Source: a virus (taxonomy: Duplodnaviria; Caudoviricetes). From it: 64,000 nt of DNA. The notes beneath the pieces were generated by a model. That model had not been told where the DNA came from, ran no database searches, and saw only the letters and a program-made list of their open reading frames with translations. Below, piece by piece: positions 19,701-28,475 of this stretch; position 1 is the first letter of the stretch, and every line of letters starts with the position of its first letter. The DNA is taken from positions 167,715-231,714 of IMG/VR virus record IMGVR_UViG_3300009031_000368. One strand, written 5' to 3'. Position numbers and translations under genes: made by a program.

Positions 19701-21917
19701 GACCAGCAATTCACTTCTACCGGCATCCTGCCAAATCCATTCAGTAAACTTGTCATGAATGTCTTGCAGCTTAGACTGCGCCAGCAGTGTCTCTTCTGAA
19801 TTTGGAACGGACCTTCTATTGCCGTATTCATCTTCAACAACATCATAGACGGTCGGATTCCTAACGTTTAGCGCGTCTTCGATTAAATCTAGTGCAGTCT
19901 TTCTGGATGTTCCCCACGTTTTGGTATTTTCAATCGAATAGTAGGATTGTTCCTGTGTGACGATCCATTCTGGTATCGACGGAATAAATCTGACATTGCC
20001 ACAATACGATGGAATCAGCTCCTTTACGAAATCAGATATGTATTGTTCTGGAATCCAATTGGCTCCAAGTCTAACATGGATTTCGCCAGGGCCAACCGGT
20101 TCTGGCATAACTGAGGCCAGTGATTCAACGTTATAATTGAAACATTCATCCAGAACAGCTGCCGCTCTCGCCGCATTAAGCTTTTCAAGAATATTGCCAG
20201 ACAGGTATTCATCGGCGGTAACATATTGTCGCTGCGGAGTAACGTATACGATGCCTTTCAGTGCTGACAATACATCGTCTATTGGTTTACACGTTGTTTC
20301 ACATATCCAATCCATGTCAAGCCGGCCAAATCGATCCAGACAAGTCAACATTGCATGACGTGGTTCCGTTATCTGCTGAACTGATTCAACTTTTCTGACC
20401 GTATCCTCGTAAAAGATTGCCGCCTTGCTGCCGTCGTTATTTTCCAACGACTTGAGAAAAGGAGCCAGGCAGGTAACATCGATATCGCCACATCCTTTTA
20501 ACTCAGATTGATTCTTTTTTGTTGAAATAAGACCATAACGGATGACAAATTCATCATAGAGACCGGACAATTCTGTTCTTAATCTGGCCGATTCCTCAGC
20601 TTCTCTTGTCCCTATAAGCGCTCTTGCCGTTTTGCTGATGTCGATCAATCTTTCAACACAATCATTAAACTGCTTTTTCTCTACATTGGATTCACATTCA
20701 ATAATGTGGCCTACAATCTCTTGACGCTCAACGATAATAACATCATGTGGTAATGTTTTTTTGATAGCATCCATCAATTGCTGTTCAAGAACAGCTCCTT
20801 GAATTGGTGTTACCGTATATTCGTTACTGCTATACATGCCTCGCGCGGTGGTGTGATTGCCTAATACGTTTTGCGGATTGTCACGATAGTATTCGTTTAC
20901 ATACTGTGGGGTTTGGTATTGCCATCTGTCGTATGTATTGTTGTATTGTAATCCCTTGTTTAGGTTTATTTCAGGCGTATCGATCCAAACATGTCCTTCA
21001 ACGATGCCAGGGAACCGCTTTTGCAGAAACAATATATCGGTTACCACACTGGTACCGGCATTCTTTTCAAATGCGTCATTGGGTAGCCTGAATGCGCCAT
21101 GAAGCACACACTGTTCTGAAATATATTGCCTAGTTCGTTTATCGGTCGCGTCCATCGTATAATGCGATGTAATGACGACAATAAATCCGCCAGGTGCCGT
21201 AAGGTTGATACTGTTGACGATATAGTAATTGTGTAGGTTCTTTTTAAGATGTTTGTCCTTAATGGTAGGATCATGGACATTTACATCAGCAAACGGCACA
21301 TTGGTAATGACGAGATCAAAGTAATTACTGTATGTATTGGTCTTTGTGTGATCGGTTCCATACTTACCGAATGTCTCAAATGCTTGATTGAATACTTTGA
21401 CATCACCATACAGATATTGAGTGATACCTGCCGCTATTGGTTCAAGATCAATGGCCGCTTTTATTCCACCGGTGTAAAGAGATTCCGGCATTGTGCCAAA
21501 AAAGTGACCGACGCCACATGCTGGTTCAAGATACCTTGCGCAATTGATTGCACCGATTCCAAGCTGTTCAGCACCAGCCCACATTGCCTTAATGACACCA
21601 ATCGCCGTATAATGGGCATTGATGGAACTTCCGCGAAGCAGATTTATTTCTTCATCGGTGAGAAGTTCTTTAACTTCATCTATCGGCTGGCCCCATGTCG
21701 CGTATCCGCCATAGGTTGATTTGGGATACATTCTGTTGAATACCTGGGTATCGCCCCAACCGCAATACTTCAACAACGTTTGACGTTCCGATTCCGAAAT
21801 ATCGCCAAACGGACGACCTGTTTGCTGAAGCGTTTTGAGTAGTTTTGTTGCTTCCAGGTTGTTGATAAATTTTGTTGCGGCACCGCCAAGCTCAAGTTCT
21901 GTTTCAATCATCATCAA
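16779..21917 (-). CDS. DarB-like N6-adenine methyltransferase / SNF2-family helicase fusion
   Basis: NAHYT, LEPACGVGHF (SAM motif I), VITNVPF (motif IV), AHSVGSGKT (Walker A), VNDESHEHKN, TATPIAN, PWRPTDIEQCDGRALRQGN. Confidence 0.92.
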   Translation of the reverse strand: MMMIETELELGGAATKFINNLEATKLLKTLQQTGRPFGDISESERQTLLKYCGWGDTQVFNRMYPKSTYGGYATWGQPIDEVKELLTDEEINLLRGSSINAHYTAIGVIKAMWAGAEQLGIGAINCARYLEPACGVGHFFGTMPESLYTGGIKAAIDLEPIAAGITQYLYGDVKVFNQAFETFGKYGTDHTKTNTYSNYFDLVITNVPFADVNVHDPTIKDKHLKKNLHNYYIVNSINLTAPGGFIVVITSHYTMDATDKRTRQYISEQCVLHGAFRLPNDAFEKNAGTSVVTDILFLQKRFPGIVEGHVWIDTPEINLNKGLQYNNTYDRWQYQTPQYVNEYYRDNPQNVLGNHTTARGMYSSNEYTVTPIQGAVLEQQLMDAIKKTLPHDVIIVERQEIVGHIIECESNVEKKQFNDCVERLIDISKTARALIGTREAEESARLRTELSGLYDEFVIRYGLISTKKNQSELKGCGDIDVTCLAPFLKSLENNDGSKAAIFYEDTVRKVESVQQITEPRHAMLTCLDRFGRLDMDWICETTCKPIDDVLSALKGIVYVTPQRQYVTADEYLSGNILEKLNAARAAAVLDECFNYNVESLASVMPEPVGPGEIHVRLGANWIPEQYISDFVKELIPSYCGNVRFIPSIPEWIVTQEQSYYSIENTKTWGTSRKTALDLIEDALNVRNPTVYDVVEDEYGNRRSVPNSEETLLAQSKLQDIHDKFTEWIWQDAGRSELLVSIYNETYNVFREREYDGSHLTLPGISRYLPFTNNTVELAPYPHQLDAAWQGLQSKTMMLAHSVGSGKTASISITCAELLRLGLARKCAITVPNNIVEQWGEYVRQLYPGIPVMVADKVNFSPDKRAEFLSRIATSKNVIAIFTHTAWKMIPLKDETFIGYVDERIDALRKQLTEVQEQSKSGYRSRSRTSEIDKITSKRIEKKIKRLEVKLKNKQSDIKRDNANMMPCFEDLGIDVIVNDESHEHKNLGFESNMSNIAGLSMTESDRAFDMFIKTQYLLKTGGRVFFATATPIANTMAEIYTVMKYLQFDLLKKLGLETFDSWVKCFASVVSSIEMKVTGKWEVVQRLAKFFNLPELVHILRQVWNVKTKEQLKLNEPTVYGDKPIVIKVEDTGELNELLSWFAQRADDIKDKLVDPTQDNFLKITTDLRKAALDVRLVKPSLGENPGNKINKAVEQIVKVYRRYDEKRYTQLVFCDLSTPKSKINLDEEPSGEVLTEEELFIRDGVYYDIKRKLIRAGIPSEHVVFIHDYNTPARKEALFRQFNEGDVRIMILPTSKGVGMNVQKRLIALHYLTPPWRPTDIEQCDGRALRQGNEVISDRGLNEVLKFVYVTKACAFMWQLLEAKARFISQIMQGSVTIRAAEDVGDMILNAAQVKAIASGDPRIMKKVALDVESVKLDKLYTAWRNSRYSMLREEKTLPGFIESCQTELSEIKHAVSVRDKNTTDKFSIKLLKPTGSVEYDPFVERKDACIRINTLVNLAKSKIVSQKQVGMFDYQIGMYRGFNLHVRYNVSHTYTLSPPSIIITGDGCPQLKAGVMDSDIGTIQSVDYQLRSLDGNMQSIADSITRSTVRLQSIKVELGKPWDHMAKYRKVKRELAAINGELSGVEDIDGFEFTEDDVENYPDDATINTLQDNVFYQIDEPATVIELEPGVEKTIEACHPLEQQLVKRRPAKTNSNLQLCLSFLSTKRKH

Positions 21918-22162
21918 TATCCATTATCAGCTAAAAACTGAATCGCTTCCCGTGGAGACCTGCAATCTGCCGCAAGGTTGTTTTGAAGAAACAAGTAGCC
22001 ACCAACAGATGTCAAATATACATCAAACCACATGTTGTTGTCAACCACATAATGTATCACACTGATGGTTTGAAACACATTAAATGGAGAAACCCGTTCA
22101 ATATGACCGACTGAAAGCCGGGTGTCGCCAAAATAATCCCAAATGGCATCAACGAGAGTCAT
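21914..22162 (-). CDS. hypothetical protein
   Basis: Overlaps the start of the DarB-like gene. Confidence 0.55.
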   Translation of the reverse strand: MTLVDAIWDYFGDTRLSVGHIERVSPFNVFQTISVIHYVVDNNMWFDVYLTSVGGYLFLQNNLAADCRSPREAIQFLADNGY

Positions 22163-22376
22163 CTTATCACCACTGCAAAATTCCAGTATGGCTGGAAATC
22201 AATTACAAGAAAAATTAAAATTCTTAGTCGCGAAATGATATCACGATTCACAGGATTTGCATATCATATTTATTGACATGATACATCTTATATCACATTG
22301 AGTGATTTGTATCAATAGATGGATTGGGCACCAACTATTGATTCGGTTTTGCCCAAATAATTGAAAGGTAATTGTT

Positions 22377-22796
22377 ATGGCTAAAACTTCTTTTAGCGCT
22401 TCTGGACACCTTGCTCAGAGTGCTGACGCTGATCCGAAGGGATCAGGGACTGCTGGTGAAACACTGGCTGTTGGCAATGTCGTGTATCTCAAGGCTGCTG
22501 ACAGCAAGCTTTGGAAGTACGCGGCTTCTGCTGAAGCCACTTGTGCCGGCATCGTTGGCGTGATTACCACTGGCGGTGACGCTGATGCTTCTGTCGAGTT
22601 CGCACAGAGCGGTGACTCTGCAACCGGTCTTTCCGGCCTAACTGCTGGTACCGAGTACTGGGCAAAGTCGGATGGTAGCCTTGCTGCCTTCTCCGGCGTG
22701 GTGGCGGCAGAGTATACTCGTCCTATCGGCGTGGCTACCAGCACCACTGCACTTCAGTGCCAGATCGGTGATGTGATCCAAAAGCCGGCCGCGTAA
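22377..22796 (+). CDS. capsid cement/decoration-like protein (DUF2190-like)
   Basis: Ala/Gly-rich; AGETLAVGNVVY..., GLSGLTAGTEYW..., RPIGVATS; strong codon bias; AAGGT RBS. Confidence 0.65.
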   Translation: MAKTSFSASGHLAQSADADPKGSGTAGETLAVGNVVYLKAADSKLWKYAASAEATCAGIVGVITTGGDADASVEFAQSGDSATGLSGLTAGTEYWAKSDGSLAAFSGVVAAEYTRPIGVATSTTALQCQIGDVIQKPAA

Positions 22797-22874
22797 TCTA
22801 CTTCTGATGGAGATATTGATTTATCACCATCAGACCATTTCCACTTAAGATAAAACATATCATCATGGTAGCAT

Positions 22875-23291
22875 ATGCCAATTCCAAAGAAATTCGATAG
22901 ATTGTCCAATCGCGTATCGGTTAATACCATTGTTGAAACGGAATATATAGCTGGGGAATCTATTTCGGACAGATCTATTGTATCCATATCGACTGATGGC
23001 ACACTGATGGTCTCTGATTCAACAAGTGAGCAATCAATTGCACGTATCATTGGCATGTCGGATGGACAATATGTTGCCGGTGAATACGTTAATTTGATCA
23101 TGCCGGGACAAATCGTGATCGTTGATAACGATGAAGTAAGCCCCGGCGACGAATTATGGTGTTTAAATGGCATAATGACGGCATACGATTCCATTGATGA
23201 TGAATTGTGGACACGTATCGTCGGAGTGGTCGTTAAGTCTGGAAAAATGTTTTTTCAGCTTGGTCCAGTGCAACGAAAAGGAACTGATTGA
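22875..23291 (+). CDS. second cement/decoration-like paralogue
   Basis: AGESISDRSIVSI...IIGM...PGDELW...RIVGVVV mirrors the upstream gene. Confidence 0.55.
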   Translation: MPIPKKFDRLSNRVSVNTIVETEYIAGESISDRSIVSISTDGTLMVSDSTSEQSIARIIGMSDGQYVAGEYVNLIMPGQIVIVDNDEVSPGDELWCLNGIMTAYDSIDDELWTRIVGVVVKSGKMFFQLGPVQRKGTD

Positions 23292-23617
23292 TGAGAGAAG
23301 TTAAGATTATTACCTATGGTGCAACAACATCGGTTCCAACATCCAGTATTGACGGTTGGGGCATTGCCAATTCAAAGTATCTGATGATCGGCGTCACTGC
23401 TACGGACAGCGTAAGCTATCGGGTCTGGCTTAAGATCAACGATACCTGGTTTCCCGATAACGACAATACGCCAAACGGTATATCGACAGTAACGGTTGAG
23501 AATACTGAAACTGGCAAAGAAATAGATGTAAGAGAAGTTAATGGATTTGAAACCATGACGATCGAAATTACCGAAATAACTGGAACCGCCACTTTTGATA
23601 TAGCCACTTCAAAATAA
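23288..23617 (+). CDS. probable virion-associated beta-rich protein
   Basis: Thr/Ile/Val-rich; coupled to the upstream gene. Confidence 0.55.
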   Translation: MMREVKIITYGATTSVPTSSIDGWGIANSKYLMIGVTATDSVSYRVWLKINDTWFPDNDNTPNGISTVTVENTETGKEIDVREVNGFETMTIEITEITGTATFDIATSK

Positions 23618-23636
23618 ACGCTTACATGGATTTAAC

Positions 23637-24809
23637 ATGAAAATATATCAATCATTATTAATGTCTGTTATGACTATGTGTATGATACCATCATGCACGA
23701 CTGGTAAAGGATTGTTAAATGTCAGCTCATCTGGACATACCATGTCTGCAAGTTTCGCAACTGAAACAGAACAAACATCCGGGGCAAGCACAGACCTTAT
23801 TGTGATAGAAACATCAGGAGGACTGAAACGTAAAGTTAAACTTGGTAACGTTGCAACCATGATTGGTTCAAGCCCAAGTTCTTCCGGAGCCGGTGTAGTG
23901 ACATGGTCAAGTGCTCAGACACTTATTGCAAACGCCACATATGAATTGACACATCCTCCTGTTACATCAGGAAGACACCATCCTATAGCCATTCTTCCGC
24001 AGCCGACATTACAGGCCAGCTTATTGCATTTTAATAGCGATATAACAGACAGTTCACCATCAGCAAGAACGTGGACACTTAGAGGAGATGCGCTGACACA
24101 TCCGCCACAACAATTTGGTAACGGTGCCACATTTAATGGTTCGAATACTATAGATACTCCATCATTCTCTATCGTTGGGGGCGATTTTACCATTGAAGGA
24201 TGGGTCGTTGTGACATCAATGCCAGATGCAAACGGAACCATATATGGGCTTGTATGTCAAGATGAAGGGGCAGGCGTAACAAACAAATGGTTCATCAGAT
24301 TAGAAAAAGTATCCGACTCCACTGCTCTCATGCGATGGTTTAATTATCAGGCATCTGGACCGGTATCAGTTAATATCGGAAGCAGCACATTTACAGTAAC
24401 AGATACCCGTCATCATTTTGCAGTAGTAAGAATTGGTAACACCACTAAATTGTATTGGGATGGTGTAGAGGTAGGAACTGGATCTGACACTGCCAGGCCG
24501 GCACCAACGGCGGTTGTAAGTGTCGGTGGATATCAACCCGCATTCGACGGTGTGGAATCATTGATAGGAACACTTGATGAAATACAGATGGTAACATATG
24601 CAAGATATTCATCTGCGTTTACACCACCAACGTCTGCATTTGGTACTGCACAATCAACTGGATATAGTCCGATGCGTGCAACATCGTTTGGATCCAGTCC
24701 ATCTGCCGGGGTTATTGGTGTGCAAACATTAAATGCAACGACTACCATATTTAAAAATCTTACAAATGCAACCGTTACAAATATAATATTTGGAGTAAGG
24801 CCAGAATAA
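23637..24809 (+). CDS. LamG/concanavalin-A-like tail-fibre-type protein with lipoprotein-like leader
   Basis: SLLHFN..., GDFTIEGWV, HHFAVVRIG..KLYWDG, IGTLDEIQMV; N-terminus MKIYQSLLMSVMTMCMIPSC. Confidence 0.75.
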   Translation: MKIYQSLLMSVMTMCMIPSCTTGKGLLNVSSSGHTMSASFATETEQTSGASTDLIVIETSGGLKRKVKLGNVATMIGSSPSSSGAGVVTWSSAQTLIANATYELTHPPVTSGRHHPIAILPQPTLQASLLHFNSDITDSSPSARTWTLRGDALTHPPQQFGNGATFNGSNTIDTPSFSIVGGDFTIEGWVVVTSMPDANGTIYGLVCQDEGAGVTNKWFIRLEKVSDSTALMRWFNYQASGPVSVNIGSSTFTVTDTRHHFAVVRIGNTTKLYWDGVEVGTGSDTARPAPTAVVSVGGYQPAFDGVESLIGTLDEIQMVTYARYSSAFTPPTSAFGTAQSTGYSPMRATSFGSSPSAGVIGVQTLNATTTIFKNLTNATVTNIIFGVRPE

Positions 24810-24815
24810 AATTTA

Positions 24816-25904
24816 ATGAGTGTTTCGTATATGAAAACATTAATTGTAATTATTACAATGTTTTGTGTTATTTTTGTTTCATGCAATACAACAAGCAATG
24901 CATTGGCCAGCAATTCGACAATTACTACCGGTGGACACACCTTGTGGTCAAATTGGGTAGAAAAAACATCAGATTTTACAGCATCAGTAAATACCAAATA
25001 TCTTTGCACAAACGGTGCGGGTCAAGGGATATTTATAACCCTTCCAGGCTCGCCATCAGACGGTGATGACTTTACGATAAACAGATCTGGACATGGCGCG
25101 GTATTGATTGAATCGGGCACGATCAATGGAGCAGCATATAAACTTGCTGCAATTAGAAAAGGACAAACCCTCGTATTAAAATATGATTCTGGAACAACAT
25201 CTTGGTGGACTAATAACCTTGATGTTGGAATGATGTTATCTACAGGATTAGTACAGGGTATTACTGCTCAAAAAGGATATACAGCTGTTGGTGGGACGTC
25301 GAACGACACATGGGCGGACCAGTCAGGCAACGGGTACACGTTCACAACCAATGCCTCCGCGACTGATCCTACGTATTCGGCGACGTCAGGAGGCGGGAGC
25401 AATCATCCTGGCGTGACGTTTAATGGCAGTAATTATATGGATGCCGCCGATGGGAGTCAGTGGAATTTCTCAACTCTGACGTTCGTTTGCGGGTTTAAGC
25501 CTGTGAATAGAAACTTGATGAACATTGTCAACCACTTTTCATCTGGCCCGGTTGGATTTGCGATCGGACTTGGAGCAACTACAGCGGGGAAACTATACAC
25601 ATCTATCGCTGCATCAACATATAGTGACACAGGAACGGCGCATGGGGAAGAATTTGAAATTTTTGCGGTAATCAAAACAACTGCTGTGGCTGCGTTTAGG
25701 TATTACGTCGGGGGCCGTCTCAACTCCGAATCCGCCAGCGGCACAATCGGAGACTCAACAGGGTATTGGAGGTTGGGGGCAAATACCGTGCCAGGGTCGT
25801 ACATGGATGGACCTTACCTGGGACACGCGGTATACTCGACAGTATTAACTGAAAGCCAACGAAATTATGTCGAACGCTTTTATTTGTTTTCCGGAATTGA
25901 TTGA
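24816..25904 (+). CDS. tail-fibre-type protein with LamG-like domain and lipoprotein-like leader
   Basis: MKTLIVIITMFCVIFVSC leader; DFTASVNTKY...ITLPGSPSDGD motif; WADQSGNG; YSTVLTESQRNYVERF. Confidence 0.7.
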   Translation: MSVSYMKTLIVIITMFCVIFVSCNTTSNALASNSTITTGGHTLWSNWVEKTSDFTASVNTKYLCTNGAGQGIFITLPGSPSDGDDFTINRSGHGAVLIESGTINGAAYKLAAIRKGQTLVLKYDSGTTSWWTNNLDVGMMLSTGLVQGITAQKGYTAVGGTSNDTWADQSGNGYTFTTNASATDPTYSATSGGGSNHPGVTFNGSNYMDAADGSQWNFSTLTFVCGFKPVNRNLMNIVNHFSSGPVGFAIGLGATTAGKLYTSIAASTYSDTGTAHGEEFEIFAVIKTTAVAAFRYYVGGRLNSESASGTIGDSTGYWRLGANTVPGSYMDGPYLGHAVYSTVLTESQRNYVERFYLFSGID

Positions 25905-26032
25905 TTCGATTGATTCAAATATCTCTCAGCGACACTAAGATGTTCTTTTATTATGAACAACTTTTCTATATTTAATTAATTACTGTAAATAATTCGTACC
26001 CAAATCGCTTCGCTATACTGACGCCGTAGAAG

Positions 26033-26353
26033 TCAAATTGATTCAAACGGCAATTCGCAAAGTATCCCGCCGACATTCATTATAGCACAGTATCCACCAT
26101 CCTTATCGATTTGAATAACGGCAGACTTCCCGGCGGTCATAATTTGAATGTATGCACCATTGGTATCCGCCTGTAGTCCAACAACTTTACGATTCATCAT
26201 GAAAAATATTGTCAACAGTCCATACAGCGCGATACATGTCGATGTAGTGGGGAGAACGCCGAGGCTTCCTGATTCAATTCCAATCATCCCGCCATATCGA
26301 TTCAGGAATTCATTCACAGCCATACCTCTCGTCTCGACACATGTGACAGCCAC
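26033..26353 (-). CDS. hypothetical protein
   Basis: ORF in gene string. Confidence 0.5.
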   Translation of the reverse strand: MAVTCVETRGMAVNEFLNRYGGMIGIESGSLGVLPTTSTCIALYGLLTIFFMMNRKVVGLQADTNGAYIQIMTAGKSAVIQIDKDGGYCAIMNVGGILCELPFESI

Positions 26354-26645
26354 AAATATAATTTTTATGCTCAGGAATCCATGAATCAGGCCAACCGGTT
26401 ACATCAAACCATTGGTTGAAAAACGTATAACTTACTGACGCAATACATAATTGGGCCAGAAACACAACCACATAATAAAGCAACATTGCAACAGCCATAC
26501 ATGCCAAAAATGGCCATGCCATATAGGCAAAAAGGGCTAACGAAACACAAAGCCCAAATATTGACGTGTACCCAAATGCTTTAATAAAATACTTCACCGG
26601 TTTAACTCCAATCGGTAAATACCCACACGCCGACATCTGAATCAA
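26310..26645 (-). CDS. membrane protein
   Basis: Two hydrophobic helices. Confidence 0.6.
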   Translation of the reverse strand: MIQMSACGYLPIGVKPVKYFIKAFGYTSIFGLCVSLALFAYMAWPFLACMAVAMLLYYVVVFLAQLCIASVSYTFFNQWFDVTGWPDSWIPEHKNYICGCHMCRDERYGCE

Positions 26646-26955
26646 TATGCTGATTCATTTTATTGCTCAACCGCGCGATCTTATGCTTAACTGATTCGAC
26701 AACCGCCTTAACGTCTTTACCATCTAATCGCATTGGTTCAATCGACTCGCCGTCAGCCTCGCATGCCTGTTGTAGCGATGTCCCGATAAAGTGATACTCG
26801 CCACACATGCCGTCAAACACTCGCTCTAAGCCGAATTCTCCGATAAGCGCATCATCGAAGCAAACGGTTTGATCTAAACCAACGTTTACGCCAACAAATA
26901 CATAATCTCTTCTTGTACTCATAAGCAATTTCCATTTCGCCCTGAAATTGTGCAA
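26602..26955 (-). CDS. hypothetical protein, paralogue of 27241-27627
   Basis: MSTRRDYVFVGV...DGMCGEYHFIG...VGVWVFTDWS. Confidence 0.65.
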   Translation of the reverse strand: MHNFRAKWKLLMSTRRDYVFVGVNVGLDQTVCFDDALIGEFGLERVFDGMCGEYHFIGTSLQQACEADGESIEPMRLDGKDVKAVVESVKHKIARLSNKMNQHIDSDVGVWVFTDWS

Positions 26956-27299
26956 ATTACATTATAGCATAGTTTGTGTCGTTTTAAATATATGTTTCTG
27001 GGCATTATCCTTAACGTAACACCATCCAGCCCGTAACCATCCACTGTACCGTTTTCTGTTCCGAATTCTTTTAATGCAACAGAACAAGCAGACTGCTTAT
27101 CGTGAAATAACTCTGCAACGGACAATGCACGACGTGCATTACAATCGCAACATGTTGTTAAATCGTATTTGCAATTTTCTTTCGCGAATACGTCTAGGAA
27201 ATAACCATTTTTGTAAAAGACAATCATGTAAGCCATCTGGTTATCTCCATTCAGTGTGAACCCAAAAACCAATCTCGCCTTTCCATCCATGGGCTTCAA
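26919..27299 (-). CDS. hypothetical protein
   Basis: Start probably MAYMIVFY. Confidence 0.55.
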   Translation of the reverse strand: MKPMDGKARLVFGFTLNGDNQMAYMIVFYKNGYFLDVFAKENCKYDLTTCCDCNARRALSVAELFHDKQSACSVALKEFGTENGTVDGYGLDGVTLRIMPRNIYLKRHKLCYNVICTISGRNGNCL

Positions 27300-27627
27300 T
27301 CAGTTCATATATTGGACTACTATTAAGCTTATCAAGTACATCTCGATAAAACAGTGTGGAATCGTAAGACCTCAAGTTAATTGAGTTGAATGTCGGGTCT
27401 CCTGTTCTTTCATTGCATTTAGCATGCGTTTTACCAATAATGACATATTGAGAACCATAGTAGTCATTCACATAATCAAAGCCAGGCAGCTGTGATGCAA
27501 GTATTGATGTCTCTCGATCGCTTTCAGAATAACAGTCCAGACTATCATTGACATCATCAAGAATCTTGACTTTATCGCCCGTTACCATGACGCCAGCGAT
27601 AATGTGATCTATCCGGTACGTGCTCAT
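27241..27627 (-). CDS. hypothetical protein, paralogue of 26602-26955
   Basis: MSTYRIDHIIAGV...DYYGSQYVIIG...IGFWVHTEWR. Confidence 0.65.
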   Translation of the reverse strand: MSTYRIDHIIAGVMVTGDKVKILDDVNDSLDCYSESDRETSILASQLPGFDYVNDYYGSQYVIIGKTHAKCNERTGDPTFNSINLRSYDSTLFYRDVLDKLNSSPIYELIEAHGWKGEIGFWVHTEWR

Positions 27628-27629
27628 TG

Positions 27630-28397
27630 CTACTTTCCAGGTGTCGATTTGTCGTGAACATCTGTTTCAATCCTATCGCAAACCTTAAACATCGTCGAAT
27701 GATCCAAATTGTCTAGGATCGATGACAGAAACCTGAATGCTGTCACCACATCAATCAACAACGGACTCGAAACAACTTCAGCCCGGATGTCATCAACGCT
27801 CTGGATACCGGTTAGTCCGTTATAGAGTTCATTCAATCGCTTGCAGTGTGTGAATAGCTGCCGCCATTTAAGCACTTCGTCACATACTGGGAGCGTTTCC
27901 ATCGCTTCATTGCCCCAACTACATGCATGTGCCCAAACGTCATTATCGCCGATTGATGCAAGATCAACTATTTGAGACGGTGAGTGTCCATTGTACAGTC
28001 GGCCGATGTCTACACGATTTCCATAAAACATGTGTCCAAAGAAACAGTCGACGTATCCATATCCCGACTTACTGATTTCAATCTGTAACCTTCCGCTATC
28101 GTTATACCAGAAGTATGCGTGCTGTCGCTCTCCATCGTCATTTGTCCATCGGAACGTATAATGTGACCTTCCATCATCATTTAATGTCAGTGTTACATCT
28201 CTATTGCCGATTTTATCGGTAACATCTACCAGCATAGTTGTCTGTGCCGGTTTTCCTTCCGGACGCATGGATACACTCATCGTACATCCGCATACTTGAT
28301 GATCTTGGCACTCTGTTCGCGGTGGACAAAATTCTGCCCATCGCAACGTGCCGGCACCGGTATGGAAGAAGTGGTAACGAGAGACTTCGACATTCAT
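27630..28397 (-). CDS. hypothetical protein
   Basis: 255-aa ORF. Confidence 0.7.
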   Translation of the reverse strand: MNVEVSRYHFFHTGAGTLRWAEFCPPRTECQDHQVCGCTMSVSMRPEGKPAQTTMLVDVTDKIGNRDVTLTLNDDGRSHYTFRWTNDDGERQHAYFWYNDSGRLQIEISKSGYGYVDCFFGHMFYGNRVDIGRLYNGHSPSQIVDLASIGDNDVWAHACSWGNEAMETLPVCDEVLKWRQLFTHCKRLNELYNGLTGIQSVDDIRAEVVSSPLLIDVVTAFRFLSSILDNLDHSTMFKVCDRIETDVHDKSTPGK

Positions 28398-28475
28398 TGG
28401 AATATCCTTTGATGAAGATTGTATTGATCAGATTTACAGGTAAGATATCACAAGGCGAGAATACTGTATAGGTAA

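Noticed and set aside
25300-25904. GC-richer patch in the second LamG gene as a DGR target
   Set aside because: No reverse transcriptase or template-repeat copy in the window; ordinary mosaicism suffices, and the GC shift is only an eye estimate.
25895-25918. GAATTGATTGATTCGATTGATTC short repeat
   Set aside because: Low-complexity TTGA run at a gene end; it does not match the 12-bp motif.
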